In this document: positions 1 through 8,871 of the stretch, in pieces | How the letters are laid out: every line of letters begins with the position of its first letter | Position numbering within the stretch: position 1 is the first letter of the stretch | Position numbers and translations under genes: made by a program | The notes under the pieces: model-generated | What the model was told of the DNA's origin: nothing | The model's database searches: none | Seen by the model: only the letters and a program-made list of their open reading frames with translations | Assembly (NCBI GenBank): GCA_016196825.1 | Contig: JACPWY010000019.1 | Span: 22,644 to 86,643 of the forward strand | Origin: Deltaproteobacteria bacterium | GTDB lineage: Bacteria; Bdellovibrionota; FAC87; UBA2466 | Direction of reading: 5' to 3' | Length of the DNA: 64,000 bases

Positions 1-162
1 CCGGAGATCGAATGGGCCAAATCCGGCGCCGAACTCCACCATCTTCTCAAGGCGCCCAAACCTATCAACATCGAAGACAACTACTTCAAACTCGACGCCA
101 ATCTCACCGAGTGGAAAACCCTGTTGGAGCTTCAGGCCCCTAGCGCGCCTTCGAGTGGCTGA
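1..162 (+). CDS. 3' end of an upstream gene (partial; open from window start, TGA at 160-162)
   Basis: Frame-1 is open from position 1 to a stop at 160-162 (…LTEWKTLLELQAPSAPSSG*). No start codon lies in the window. Function unknown. Confidence 0.3.
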   Translation, partial: PEIEWAKSGAELHHLLKAPKPINIEDNYFKLDANLTEWKTLLELQAPSAPSSG

Positions 163-238
163 GATTGGGCTTGGGACGTTGCGTCATGCGGCCTGTTTGA
201 TTGACGATCCCGAGGGGGTTCCCTATCTTAGCGATGGA

Positions 239-1216
239 ATGGACAAGATTCTTATCACTGGGGCGGACGGCTTCATCGGGAGCCATCTGACGGAGAAGGC
301 CGTGCGTTCGGGTCTTTCGGTCCGCGCTCTCGTTCAGTACAACTGTCGTAACCATTGGGGCTGGCTCGAGGATCTTCCCCAACAGTTTTTGAATTCGGTC
401 GAGGTGATCTCGGGCGACCTGCGTGATCCCTTTTGCATGGAAAAGGCGATGAGCGGGTGTCAAAAGGTCTTCCACCTTGGCGCCCTGATCGCGATTCCGT
501 ATTCCTATGTTGCGCCCCATGAATATATCGCGACTAACGTGGCAGGGACGCTGAATGTGCTCGAGGCGGCTCGCAAAGCGGGCGTGGAGAGATTCATTCA
601 CACCTCCACGAGCGAGGTGTACGGCACTGCTCAATATGTGCCAATCGACGAAAAGCACCCCCTCCAGGGTCAGTCGCCCTATTCAGCGAGTAAGATTGCG
701 GCCGACAAGTTGGCGGAGAGCTTTCACCTTTCGTTTGGGCTGCCGGTGGTGACCGTGCGCCCTTTCAATACCTATGGCCCGCGCCAATCGGCGCGCGCGG
801 TGATTCCGACGATTGTGAGCCAGGCTTTCGACAACCCGGAGATCCGACTGGGATCGCTGACACCGGTCCGGGATCTCACTTTTGTCGAGGACACGGTGAA
901 TGGATTTCTCCTCGCTGCGAAGGCAAGCGGTGGAGTGGGTGAGGTGATCAACCTAGGCGTTGGCAGTGGCGTGACCGTGGGTGATCTGGCGAATCAGATT
1001 CTTGCTCTCATGAAGATGCAAAAGCCGATCGTTCAGGCGGATGAACGGATGCGCCCCGAGAAGAGTGAAGTGATGCGTCTGGTGAGCGACAACAGCAAGG
1101 CGCGCTCGCTCATCGGCTGGGCCCCGCAGGTGACACTCGAAAAGGGACTTTCTCAAACCATTGATTGGATCAGCCAGCACCGCAGCATCTATAAAAGTGG
1201 ACTTTACAATGTGTGA
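239..1216 (+). CDS. NAD-dependent epimerase/dehydratase (extended SDR, nucleotide-sugar 4,6-dehydratase/epimerase family)
   Basis: The ORF 155..1216 has an internal ATG at 239 giving MDKILITGADGFIGSHL, the classic GxxGxxG Rossmann N-terminus. A YxxxK-like SPYSASK motif is present. The 239 start was chosen over 155 because the SDR fold begins there. Confidence 0.75.
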   Translation: MDKILITGADGFIGSHLTEKAVRSGLSVRALVQYNCRNHWGWLEDLPQQFLNSVEVISGDLRDPFCMEKAMSGCQKVFHLGALIAIPYSYVAPHEYIATNVAGTLNVLEAARKAGVERFIHTSTSEVYGTAQYVPIDEKHPLQGQSPYSASKIAADKLAESFHLSFGLPVVTVRPFNTYGPRQSARAVIPTIVSQAFDNPEIRLGSLTPVRDLTFVEDTVNGFLLAAKASGGVGEVINLGVGSGVTVGDLANQILALMKMQKPIVQADERMRPEKSEVMRLVSDNSKARSLIGWAPQVTLEKGLSQTIDWISQHRSIYKSGLYNV

Positions 1217-1225
1217 GGGGAAGCG

Positions 1226-1939
1226 ATGAGGGCGGTGATCTTGGCGGGTGGCCTCGGCACTCGGCTCAGGCCGTATACGACGGTGTTGCCCAAGCCGCTG
1301 ATGCCGATCGGCGATACGCCGATTCTCGAGGTGTTGGTGCGGCAACTCGCTCGCCACAAGATCTGCGAACTGACGGTGACGCTGGGCCACCTGGGAAAAT
1401 TGATCCGCACCTACTTTGGTGATGGGAGCCATTTGGGCGTTCGAATAGACTACTCGATGGAGAGCCAACCACTGGGCACGATGGGGCCGCTCAAGCTCAT
1501 CCCCGATCTGCCCGAGGATTTTCTAGTGTTGAATGGCGATATCCTGACGGATCTCTCCTTCTCAGATTTTTTCCGAAAGCACCGCGAGAGTGGCGCGGGC
1601 TTTACGATCTCCTCTTTTCCGCGCGAAGTGGAGACCAACCTCGGCGTGCTCGAGACGAATGAGACGGGCCAGCTCGTTGGATTTCGCGAGAAGCCAAAGC
1701 TTCCATTTGAGGCCAGTATGGGGATCTACGCGCTGAAACGCTCGGTTGTCGATGACATCCCTGCGGGGCGGCCTTTCGGTTTCGATGATTTGATGCTCCA
1801 GCTCATTCAGTATGGAAAGTTTCCCAATGTGATTCGCCACGAAGGTTTTTGGCTCGATGTGGGTCGCCACGAAGATTTTGAAAGGGCCCAGGTCTATTTC
1901 ACGGATCTGAAATCGTCTCTTTTGGAGGCGGGTGAGTAA
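1226..1939 (+). CDS. sugar-phosphate nucleotidyltransferase (NTP_transferase family)
   Basis: N-terminus MRAVILAGGLGTRLRPYTTVLPKPLMPI is the G-x-G-T-R-L signature of sugar-1-P nucleotidylyltransferases. It lies 10 bp after the upstream epimerase and is translationally coupled to the next gene. Confidence 0.75.
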   Translation: MRAVILAGGLGTRLRPYTTVLPKPLMPIGDTPILEVLVRQLARHKICELTVTLGHLGKLIRTYFGDGSHLGVRIDYSMESQPLGTMGPLKLIPDLPEDFLVLNGDILTDLSFSDFFRKHRESGAGFTISSFPREVETNLGVLETNETGQLVGFREKPKLPFEASMGIYALKRSVVDDIPAGRPFGFDDLMLQLIQYGKFPNVIRHEGFWLDVGRHEDFERAQVYFTDLKSSLLEAGE

Positions 1940-2795
1940 TTCCATTCTTGTGACGGGATCCGAGGGTTTTATCGGCCGCGCTCTCTGCCGGCGACTTCAG
2001 GCTGAGGAGTTTGAGGTTCACCGCTTTTCGCGATCGCTGGGCCACCAGATTCTCTCGGAAGAGGCCTTTCGCCCCTTTTACGACAAACCCATCGGTCAGG
2101 TCGTTCACTTGGCCGGGGAATCTTTTATTCCGACGAGCTGGGAGACACCTGGGCCGTTTTACGCGATGAATACGCTGGGCACGCAAAGAGTGCTGGATTT
2201 TTGTCGACGGATGGGGTCACGGCTGATCTATTTCTCTTCGTTTGTGTACGGGGCCCCAAAGTATTTGCCCATCGATGAAGAACACCCCATCGCGCCGCTC
2301 AACCCTTACACCCATTCACGCTGGTTGGCGGAGGAGCTTTGCGAGTTTTACTCCCAGCGATTCTCCGTCGATTCGGCGATTCTCAGGCCTTTTAACATTT
2401 ATGGGCCTGGTCAGGACGAGCGGTTTTTAATCTCGCAGTGTGTAGGGCAATGGAAGCGGGGCGAGAGGGTGCAGGTGAAGAGCCTGACCCCGCGGCGGGA
2501 TTATCTTTATCTGGATGATCTGGTGGAAGCGACTCTGCTGGTGATCCGGAATCGCGAACTCTCGGGTGTATTTAATATCGGATCGGGGCAATCCTACTCG
2601 GTGCAAGAGATCCTCACGACCCTGCAGGAGCTGATCGGCCCCACCTTCACCTTTGAATGTGTGAATCAGGAGCGCATCGACGAGGTCCCCGAGACGAGGA
2701 GCAGCAGCCGGCTCCAGACGACGGGGCTTTGGAATCCGCGGGTCTCCTTGCGAGAGGGGCTTACGCGTATTCTTCGTGAAGGGGCGATTCTTTGA
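1932..2795 (+). CDS. NAD-dependent epimerase/dehydratase family protein
   Basis: GTG start overlaps the upstream stop. N-terminus SILVTGSEGFIGRAL is a Rossmann motif, and the YxxSK-like YTHSR region fits the SDR family. Confidence 0.7.
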   Translation: MSNSILVTGSEGFIGRALCRRLQAEEFEVHRFSRSLGHQILSEEAFRPFYDKPIGQVVHLAGESFIPTSWETPGPFYAMNTLGTQRVLDFCRRMGSRLIYFSSFVYGAPKYLPIDEEHPIAPLNPYTHSRWLAEELCEFYSQRFSVDSAILRPFNIYGPGQDERFLISQCVGQWKRGERVQVKSLTPRRDYLYLDDLVEATLLVIRNRELSGVFNIGSGQSYSVQEILTTLQELIGPTFTFECVNQERIDEVPETRSSSRLQTTGLWNPRVSLREGLTRILREGAIL

Positions 2796-4018
2796 AACCG
2801 CGCCTTAAGATTTTTCATATCATCACGCGTCTGAATGTTGGTGGGGCGGCGCTCTACAATATCCTTCTGGCCGATGGACTGGCGGATCTGGGGCACGAGG
2901 TGTGGCTTGTGTACGGAACGGTCGAGTCGTCAGAGAGCGAGATGTTCGATTACATGGACCGGAAGGAGTATCGGTTTGTGAAACGATATATCCCCGAGCT
3001 CATGAGAGAAATTCGATTGGGGAAGGACCTCATCGCTTTCTGGAAACTTTTTGTCCTGATCGCGCATGAGCGGCCCGATGTGATCCATACACACACATCG
3101 AAAGCAGGGCTTCTGGGTCGGCTGGCGGCTTGGCTATTGCGCGTGCCGGTCAAGATTCATTCGTATCATGGGACGGTCTTTCAGGGGTATTTCGGCGGAT
3201 TGGCGAGTCGAGCGATTGGCTCATTCGAAAAATTCCTGGGGCAACGGTGTGAAGCCATCTTTGCCGACACAGAGACCGTCGTGAAGCAGGCGACGAGTCG
3301 AGGTGTTGTGCCCAGCGATCGTGCCTTTTCCATGCCGCTGGGACTGGAGCTTGAGCCCTTCGCGGATCTGGCGGGTTTTCGGGGGCGGTTGCGCCGCCAT
3401 TTGGGGATCGGGAAGAGCACGCCTCTCGTCGGTATTGTGGCCCGTCTCACGCAGATCAAAGACGTCGAGACCTTTTTGCGCTCGGTCCCTGCGATTCTCA
3501 AAGCCCATCCCGAGACCCACATCGCCTCAGTGGGCAATGGTGAGCTTCGGATGCAGCTCGAGGAAGAGGCTCGCCGCATGGGGATTGCGGAGCGAGTCCA
3601 CTTTCTGGGTTTTTGGAGAGAGCTCCGCGAAATTTATGCCGACATCGATCTCTTGGCGCTCTCATCGCTTTCAGAGGGGTGCCCGGTCGCAATTCTCGAG
3701 GCGATGGCTTCCGGACTTGCCGTCGTGTCGACGAGCGTCGGCGGCGTCCCCGATGTTGTTCGGGATGGTAAGAACGGACTTCTGGTGCCTTCGCAAGATT
3801 CTGAGGCGATGGCGCAAGCCGTGAATCGATTGCTCTCGGATCGCGATCTCGCCCGACAAATGGGCGCGGCCGGCCAGCGTCTTGTTCTGGAGAAGTTCAC
3901 CGTTGCAGCGTCAGTCACCGCGACCGAAAGCCACTATGTGCGGCTGGTGGGGGAGAAGGCCCGAATCCCAGTTATGGGTGGTCTGATCGGGGGTAAAACT
4001 CTTTCCCATGATTCCTGA
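2792..4018 (+). CDS. glycosyltransferase, GT4/GT1 (GT-B) family
   Basis: TTG start overlaps the upstream stop (TTGA). N-terminus KIFHIITRLNVGGAALY and C-terminal EGCPVAILEAMASGLAVVSTSVGGVPDVV (E-x7-E like) are typical of GT4 enzymes. Confidence 0.75.
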   Translation: MKPRLKIFHIITRLNVGGAALYNILLADGLADLGHEVWLVYGTVESSESEMFDYMDRKEYRFVKRYIPELMREIRLGKDLIAFWKLFVLIAHERPDVIHTHTSKAGLLGRLAAWLLRVPVKIHSYHGTVFQGYFGGLASRAIGSFEKFLGQRCEAIFADTETVVKQATSRGVVPSDRAFSMPLGLELEPFADLAGFRGRLRRHLGIGKSTPLVGIVARLTQIKDVETFLRSVPAILKAHPETHIASVGNGELRMQLEEEARRMGIAERVHFLGFWRELREIYADIDLLALSSLSEGCPVAILEAMASGLAVVSTSVGGVPDVVRDGKNGLLVPSQDSEAMAQAVNRLLSDRDLARQMGAAGQRLVLEKFTVAASVTATESHYVRLVGEKARIPVMGGLIGGKTLSHDS

Positions 4019-5711
4019 CGTGGTCGACGGGCTCGTAAAGATTGTAGAACGGTGGGACGGGGATTTGTGTCCAGTGATTGTTGGTAAGTCCGGCGGCGGC
4101 GGCTTCGAATTCGGCAGAGATTTGCCAGCTCTGATCGCCTTTGTTTTCGTCCCAGTGGTGGGAGAGGCGGGCGGCGCGGGATGGGGTTTCAGCTGGAAGT
4201 TCTGAGCGGCGGGCGACGAGGACTCCGCACGCTTTGTGTTTCTGGGCGTGGTCGAGAATTTTTTCCGTTGTGTCGAGTTTTTGCGTGAGAAGACGCGGCG
4301 CGAGGCGATTTGCGCGAGAGAAATTGCGGCCGAGGTGGGTGGATACGACCCAGTCAGTGATGTCGTCGGTGATGAGTTCACAGGTGAGAATCCCAGGCCG
4401 GTTCTCTTTTATCCACCTGGCAGTTTGGTCGAGATGAGTGAACTCACGGACGGCAGGGGCGCGATAAAGGAGGAAGGCGAGCCTGCCTCGCCACGGAAAG
4501 GCCGGAGGAAACGCGAGAGCGGCGACGAGCAGACCAGCGGCCCAGAAAGGGAGCGCGCGGAGAAGCGAGCTCACTAAAATGAAACCAAACGGCAGGACAT
4601 AGAAAATTCGGTATAGGATGTAGCCGGTAGGCATGAGCCAGCAGAGAAGGAGTGCCGTTGCCGGACAGAGGACCACAAAAAACGGGGCGATGGTGAGCGC
4701 CCCTTCGATCGGAAATTGTCGGAAAAAGACCAGTGCGAGGAGGAGGCTCACTACTCCCGAAATGCCGATCGTGTCGGCGAAGGGGCCGGTGCGTGACCAA
4801 ATCTTAAGGGACCCGTATCGGGTGAGTTCGGGGACCGTGTTGCGAATGTGGGCGATGAAGAAGTAGCCATTGATCCGCATCGCCACCCAACCCGCGACTG
4901 CCGATAGAATGCAGGCAATGAGGAAGGCTCGGAGGAAGAGACGCCTCTTGGGGGCGGGGGCCTTCTCGTACCAATGGCCGATGAGGATCGCCGCTGAGGC
5001 GAGGGCAGTGAGGATGATCTCTTCGGCGTGGTTGAGGGCCATCACCGCCAGGAGGAGGGGAATGGTCCACAGCACCTTTCGCCGGCGTTGAAGGAAATCG
5101 AGGAGCGTGGTTTCGACCTGCACAAATGCGATAAGTGCGAGAATAGTGGAGGAGGTCGAGTAATAACGGAGACCAAAGATATTTGATCCGAAAAGGCCGA
5201 GATACGCGAACGTCTTGAGTGCGGGGGCTCTTTTGTCGTCGCTGAGCCTGAGCGCAAATCTGTAAATCATGCGGGCCGTGAAGGTGAGCCAAAAACTGCT
5301 GTAAAGGCCGAGGGCGAATCGACGGTACGGGATAGGAATCGAGCCCAAGATTGTCCAGCCCCAGAAATAGGAGAACTTGTGCCAGGTCTCACTCGTTCCT
5401 ATGGTTGGGATCGTCTGCCAGCTGTAGAGGCGTCGAAAATGCTCCCAGGCATCGGACGGGTACTCAAGATACGCGCCGGGCAGCGCCAGAACGACAAAAA
5501 CCGCGAGCCACGGAAGGAGCGTTTGCAGGCCAGCCTCCCGAGCGGCTGTGAAGAACCATGCCAAGTAAAGAGCGTGGAGCCCCCAAAAGATTATTGTGAC
5601 AGCGGGAACTGGGATCTGGAGCGCCCAGGCGATGATATAGACCGCCAAATAGGGAAGAAAGAGGAGGGCCCCCGCTTCGTCAGGTCGCGGCAGAGATCGC
5701 GTGAGATTCAT
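3972..5711 (-). CDS. polytopic integral membrane protein (>=12 predicted TM helices) with a C-terminal soluble domain; possible GT-C-like glycosyltransferase or polymerase
   Basis: 579-aa ORF, very hydrophobic with many W/F/L-rich helices over about 430 aa, then a hydrophilic 150-aa tail. Its 3' end overlaps the GT4 gene convergently by 47 bp. Function inferred only from topology and context. Confidence 0.4.
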   Translation of the reverse strand: MNLTRSLPRPDEAGALLFLPYLAVYIIAWALQIPVPAVTIIFWGLHALYLAWFFTAAREAGLQTLLPWLAVFVVLALPGAYLEYPSDAWEHFRRLYSWQTIPTIGTSETWHKFSYFWGWTILGSIPIPYRRFALGLYSSFWLTFTARMIYRFALRLSDDKRAPALKTFAYLGLFGSNIFGLRYYSTSSTILALIAFVQVETTLLDFLQRRRKVLWTIPLLLAVMALNHAEEIILTALASAAILIGHWYEKAPAPKRRLFLRAFLIACILSAVAGWVAMRINGYFFIAHIRNTVPELTRYGSLKIWSRTGPFADTIGISGVVSLLLALVFFRQFPIEGALTIAPFFVVLCPATALLLCWLMPTGYILYRIFYVLPFGFILVSSLLRALPFWAAGLLVAALAFPPAFPWRGRLAFLLYRAPAVREFTHLDQTARWIKENRPGILTCELITDDITDWVVSTHLGRNFSRANRLAPRLLTQKLDTTEKILDHAQKHKACGVLVARRSELPAETPSRAARLSHHWDENKGDQSWQISAEFEAAAAGLTNNHWTQIPVPPFYNLYEPVDHVRNHGKEFYPRSDHP

Positions 5712-5749
5712 CTGGCCGACAGATTATCACCCGGATTATACATTCAGCC

Positions 5750-6403
5750 ATGATTCTTCTGTCGTATCCCCTCTCCCCAACGACGCCCGCTTACGGCGGT
5801 GGAAAGCGCCCGCAATTTGAACAAGTGCGCTCACTCGAAAAGGGGGACAGTTGCAACATGCTCGAGCTTTTGCTCACCAACCATTCCGGCACCCACATCG
5901 ATATGCCAGCCCACTTTATTAAGAGCGGACCAACGGTGACCCAGGCCCCATTGGATTTTTGGTTTACGACCAACGTGGGCGTGATGGATCTGAAACGGTG
6001 CCCGGCCCCCGGGCAATTGCTCGGATCAGAGGATCTTCCCCTAGCCTCAATCTCTGCTGATTGCGAGGCTCTTCTCCTTAAGACGGGGTGGGGCGGGCAT
6101 AGAGGTGAAAACGTGTATTGGCAAAACCCTCCCGGGTTTCAGCCTGAGCTCGCGGCTGACTTGCGCCAGCAGTGTCCGCGTCTGAGATTCTTCGGATTCG
6201 ATCTCATCTCGCTCTCGAGCTTTGTGAACCGAGAGGAGGGACGAAGGGCCCACCGAGCCTTCTTGGGTGGTGACCAGCCGATTCATCCGATCGAAGACAT
6301 GGACCTTTCGGCACTTCCAGCCCCCATTCACAGCCTTCTCGTTTCTCCGTTTTTCCTCGAAGGGGGGGACGGAGCCCCTGTGACGGTCTGGGCCAATCTC
6401 TAG
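5750..6403 (+). CDS. cyclase family protein (kynurenine-formamidase-like fold)
   Basis: Contains HSGTHIDMPAHF, matching the HxGTHxDxPxH motif of the putative cyclase family. Confidence 0.6.
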   Translation: MILLSYPLSPTTPAYGGGKRPQFEQVRSLEKGDSCNMLELLLTNHSGTHIDMPAHFIKSGPTVTQAPLDFWFTTNVGVMDLKRCPAPGQLLGSEDLPLASISADCEALLLKTGWGGHRGENVYWQNPPGFQPELAADLRQQCPRLRFFGFDLISLSSFVNREEGRRAHRAFLGGDQPIHPIEDMDLSALPAPIHSLLVSPFFLEGGDGAPVTVWANL

Positions 6404-6592
6404 CCTGAAAGTGACAATAAATTTCGAGGAAAAATGCGTCAGGTGGGCTACTACAGCGACGTACTCACTTTTTTAAGCCGAGTCGTATCCATAGATACGG
6501 GGAGGTTTAAAAAAGTGAGTACGTCGCTGTAGTAGCCCACCTGACGCAAGCCTTGGCGGTTTTTACCGAAATTTATTGTCACTTTCAGGCTA
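6401..6592. repeat. 192-bp nested near-perfect palindromic element (MITE-like or large structured RNA)
   Basis: Outer arms tagcctgaaagtgacaataaattt (6401-6424) and aaatttattgtcactttcaggcta (6569-6592) are perfect inverted repeats. Inner 38-nt arms at 6437-6474 and 6508-6545 are perfect inverted repeats. The central loop contains gtatccatagatac. The element is AT-richer than its surroundings and intergenic between the cyclase and FkbM genes. Confidence 0.6.
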
Positions 6593-6654
6593 GGGGCCAG
6601 CCATTTGACATTGGTCGCGCCCGAAAACCATTATAGACAGATCAAAGGGGTCGT

Positions 6655-7500
6655 ATGAGCTCAACATCCGAAACGTTCTCAAGGAGAGTGTTTAGGTTTT
6701 TCGCGGATTCGGTTGTGAATGGTTTGGCGCTGAACAAGGCCAACCGTGTGACATGCCAGCTGGCTGGCCGTCTCTCCCCCACGTTTCATCTCACTCACAA
6801 TGGAATCGACTACGTCTTCGCTTGTCCGAATCCTCTCACCCGCTGGCGAGCGGAAACGTTTGCGGACAAGGAGCCCGAAACCCTGGAGTGGATCGATACA
6901 TTCCAAAAGGGTGCGACGCTGTTCGACATCGGAGCCAATGTTGGAATTTATGCGATCTACGCCGCGAAACGCGGGATCAACGTGATGGCCTTTGAGCCGG
7001 AATCTCAAAATTACGCGCTGATCAATAAGAACGTCTATCTGAATGGTGTGGCCGATCGCGTGAAGTGCCTCAGTGTCGCGCTCTCGGACTGCGATGGCAT
7101 CGACTACCTCTACATTCCGGAATTTCAGGCTGGCGGTGCGCTCAACAACTTTGGTTCGGCCATCGATCTTAACCACCAAGAGTTCAGCCCCGCCTTCAAG
7201 CAGGGCGGACTGTCCTACTCGCTGGATTCCTTCGTGCAGAAGTACACTGAATCCTTTCCCAACCACATCAAGATCGATGTGGATGGGATCGAATTTGCCA
7301 TCGTCCGAGGAGCCGAAAAGACCCTGAGGGATCTGCGGCTTCGATCGCTCTCGATAGAACTCAACGAGGTTTTGCCCGAGTCACCGGCCATACAGACCTT
7401 CATTGAAGGAACGGGTCTTAAGTTTGTCCAAAAGAAACACGCCGCGATGTTCGACGACACCCAGTACAAACAAATTTTTAACTACGTGTTCGGTCGCTGA
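6655..7500 (+). CDS. FkbM family methyltransferase
   Basis: Motif LFDIGANVGIYAIYAAKRGINVMAFEPESQNYALINKNV matches the FkbM-family SAM-binding core (DIGAN.G…FEP). Confidence 0.75.
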   Translation: MSSTSETFSRRVFRFFADSVVNGLALNKANRVTCQLAGRLSPTFHLTHNGIDYVFACPNPLTRWRAETFADKEPETLEWIDTFQKGATLFDIGANVGIYAIYAAKRGINVMAFEPESQNYALINKNVYLNGVADRVKCLSVALSDCDGIDYLYIPEFQAGGALNNFGSAIDLNHQEFSPAFKQGGLSYSLDSFVQKYTESFPNHIKIDVDGIEFAIVRGAEKTLRDLRLRSLSIELNEVLPESPAIQTFIEGTGLKFVQKKHAAMFDDTQYKQIFNYVFGR

Positions 7501-8822
7501 CGAAAAAGCCCAAAGGGATCCACTACCAAGGCTTGGCGGCGTCTCAAATCCTGTGCGTCCGTCACCAAAAAAGGCAGGCTGAGTAGAAGCGCAAAGAGCG
7601 GCGACAGGAATTCAGAGGTGAAGAGGAGCTGCCAGATCAGCGTGACCGAAAGCACGACCCCGAACCCCCAGCGCAATTTCCAGTCGTTCGAACTCCGAAT
7701 ACTCGAGACACACTGTCCAGCGAATAGAAAGAAAAGTGTGATCTGGAGGAGGACCCCAGCGAGTCCAAAGCGGACGAGATTCAAGAGAAGGCCAGCGGCA
7801 TAATGCCTTTCGGCTGGCGACCGGATTCCCATGCCAAACAGCCCGGCCCGGTCCCAGGGTATCCAGGTGTAGGTGTTGACGGTGGTGTTGAAAAACGCCT
7901 CCAGGCGGGCGCCGACGAAGGGGTTCAGCGGCACCTTTTTCTGGAGAACCAAGACGATGAGGACAGCAGCGAAAATGCCGCTGAGGATCGCCAATCGTCG
8001 AAAGAGCCGATTGCGAAACAGCACAATCATCATTGCGATAAAGACCGTTCCGAAGGCGGCGTAAGAATGGTTGATGAAGAGAGCCGCCGCGTGGAGTGGC
8101 AGTGAAATCCAGAGAAAGAGCGGCCAGTCGGCGACCGTGAGCAGAAGACAGGCTACCCCCGCGAGAATGATCAGAGAACCGTATTTCGACTCTGTCGTGT
8201 AGCCGAAGGCTCGATTGAATTCGAGGGGGCCATACTTTACCTCGGCCTCTTTGCGCAGATACCCCAGGCGGTAAGGGTTGATATAGCCTTCGTTGGCGCG
8301 GCCATCGATTTCGGTGTTGGAGAGCTCCGTGAATTTTTCGAGGTTGCCTTGATCGAACGTGTGAAGGATGAGGCATTGAGTGAGAAGGGCAAAGCTCGCG
8401 ATCGTCGTGCCCCAGGCGAAATAGAATCCAGCTCGCTTCACACGATCCGACTGGGAAAAGAGCGAAAGGCAGAAGAGGAGATAGGCCGCCATTTTGAGCG
8501 CCATGCCTCCATCCTCTTCGATGAGCTCGTGCAGCAATAGGTAGACAATGAGACTTCCCAGGATCGCCATGAACCATGCGCCACGCCGGGTCTGGGAGAA
8601 TAGAAGAGTGTGTCGCAGAAAGAGGGTTGCCCCTCTTCGTTCCACTAAGCAGGAGAGAAACCAAATGGCGAGAAGCACGCCGACGACGGCATTGAATCCA
8701 CTCGTCCCGATGACCCCCTTGAACCAGACCGCCTCTTTACTGGTGAGCAGTATGAAAAGCAGAAGGTAGAAAAAGGGAATCATGCCGACGGCCCCCCGGC
8801 ACGGAAGGCCCTGTAAATACAC
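7482..8822 (-). CDS. O-antigen ligase/polymerase-like (Wzy/WaaL family) integral membrane protein
   Basis: 446 aa, multi-TM throughout, with a larger loop in the C-terminal third. It is embedded in a glycan locus. The family assignment is tentative. Confidence 0.45.
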   Translation of the reverse strand: MYLQGLPCRGAVGMIPFFYLLLFILLTSKEAVWFKGVIGTSGFNAVVGVLLAIWFLSCLVERRGATLFLRHTLLFSQTRRGAWFMAILGSLIVYLLLHELIEEDGGMALKMAAYLLFCLSLFSQSDRVKRAGFYFAWGTTIASFALLTQCLILHTFDQGNLEKFTELSNTEIDGRANEGYINPYRLGYLRKEAEVKYGPLEFNRAFGYTTESKYGSLIILAGVACLLLTVADWPLFLWISLPLHAAALFINHSYAAFGTVFIAMMIVLFRNRLFRRLAILSGIFAAVLIVLVLQKKVPLNPFVGARLEAFFNTTVNTYTWIPWDRAGLFGMGIRSPAERHYAAGLLLNLVRFGLAGVLLQITLFFLFAGQCVSSIRSSNDWKLRWGFGVVLSVTLIWQLLFTSEFLSPLFALLLSLPFLVTDAQDLRRRQALVVDPFGLFRQRPNT

Positions 8823-8871
8823 ATCTACTCACAATCCTACAGTCGCTAATGTAGCGTCAATATTCCTGTGA

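Noticed and set aside
155-238. Upstream ATG at 155 as start of the first epimerase gene
   Set aside because: It would add 28 residues before the conserved Rossmann N-terminus. An ATG at 239 gives the canonical MDKILITGADGFIGSH start.
7612-8664. 350-aa ORF overlapping the Wzy/WaaL-like gene in another frame
   Set aside because: Arg/Pro/Gly-rich low-complexity translation, typical of an off-frame GC-rich shadow. The membrane-protein frame is far more convincing.
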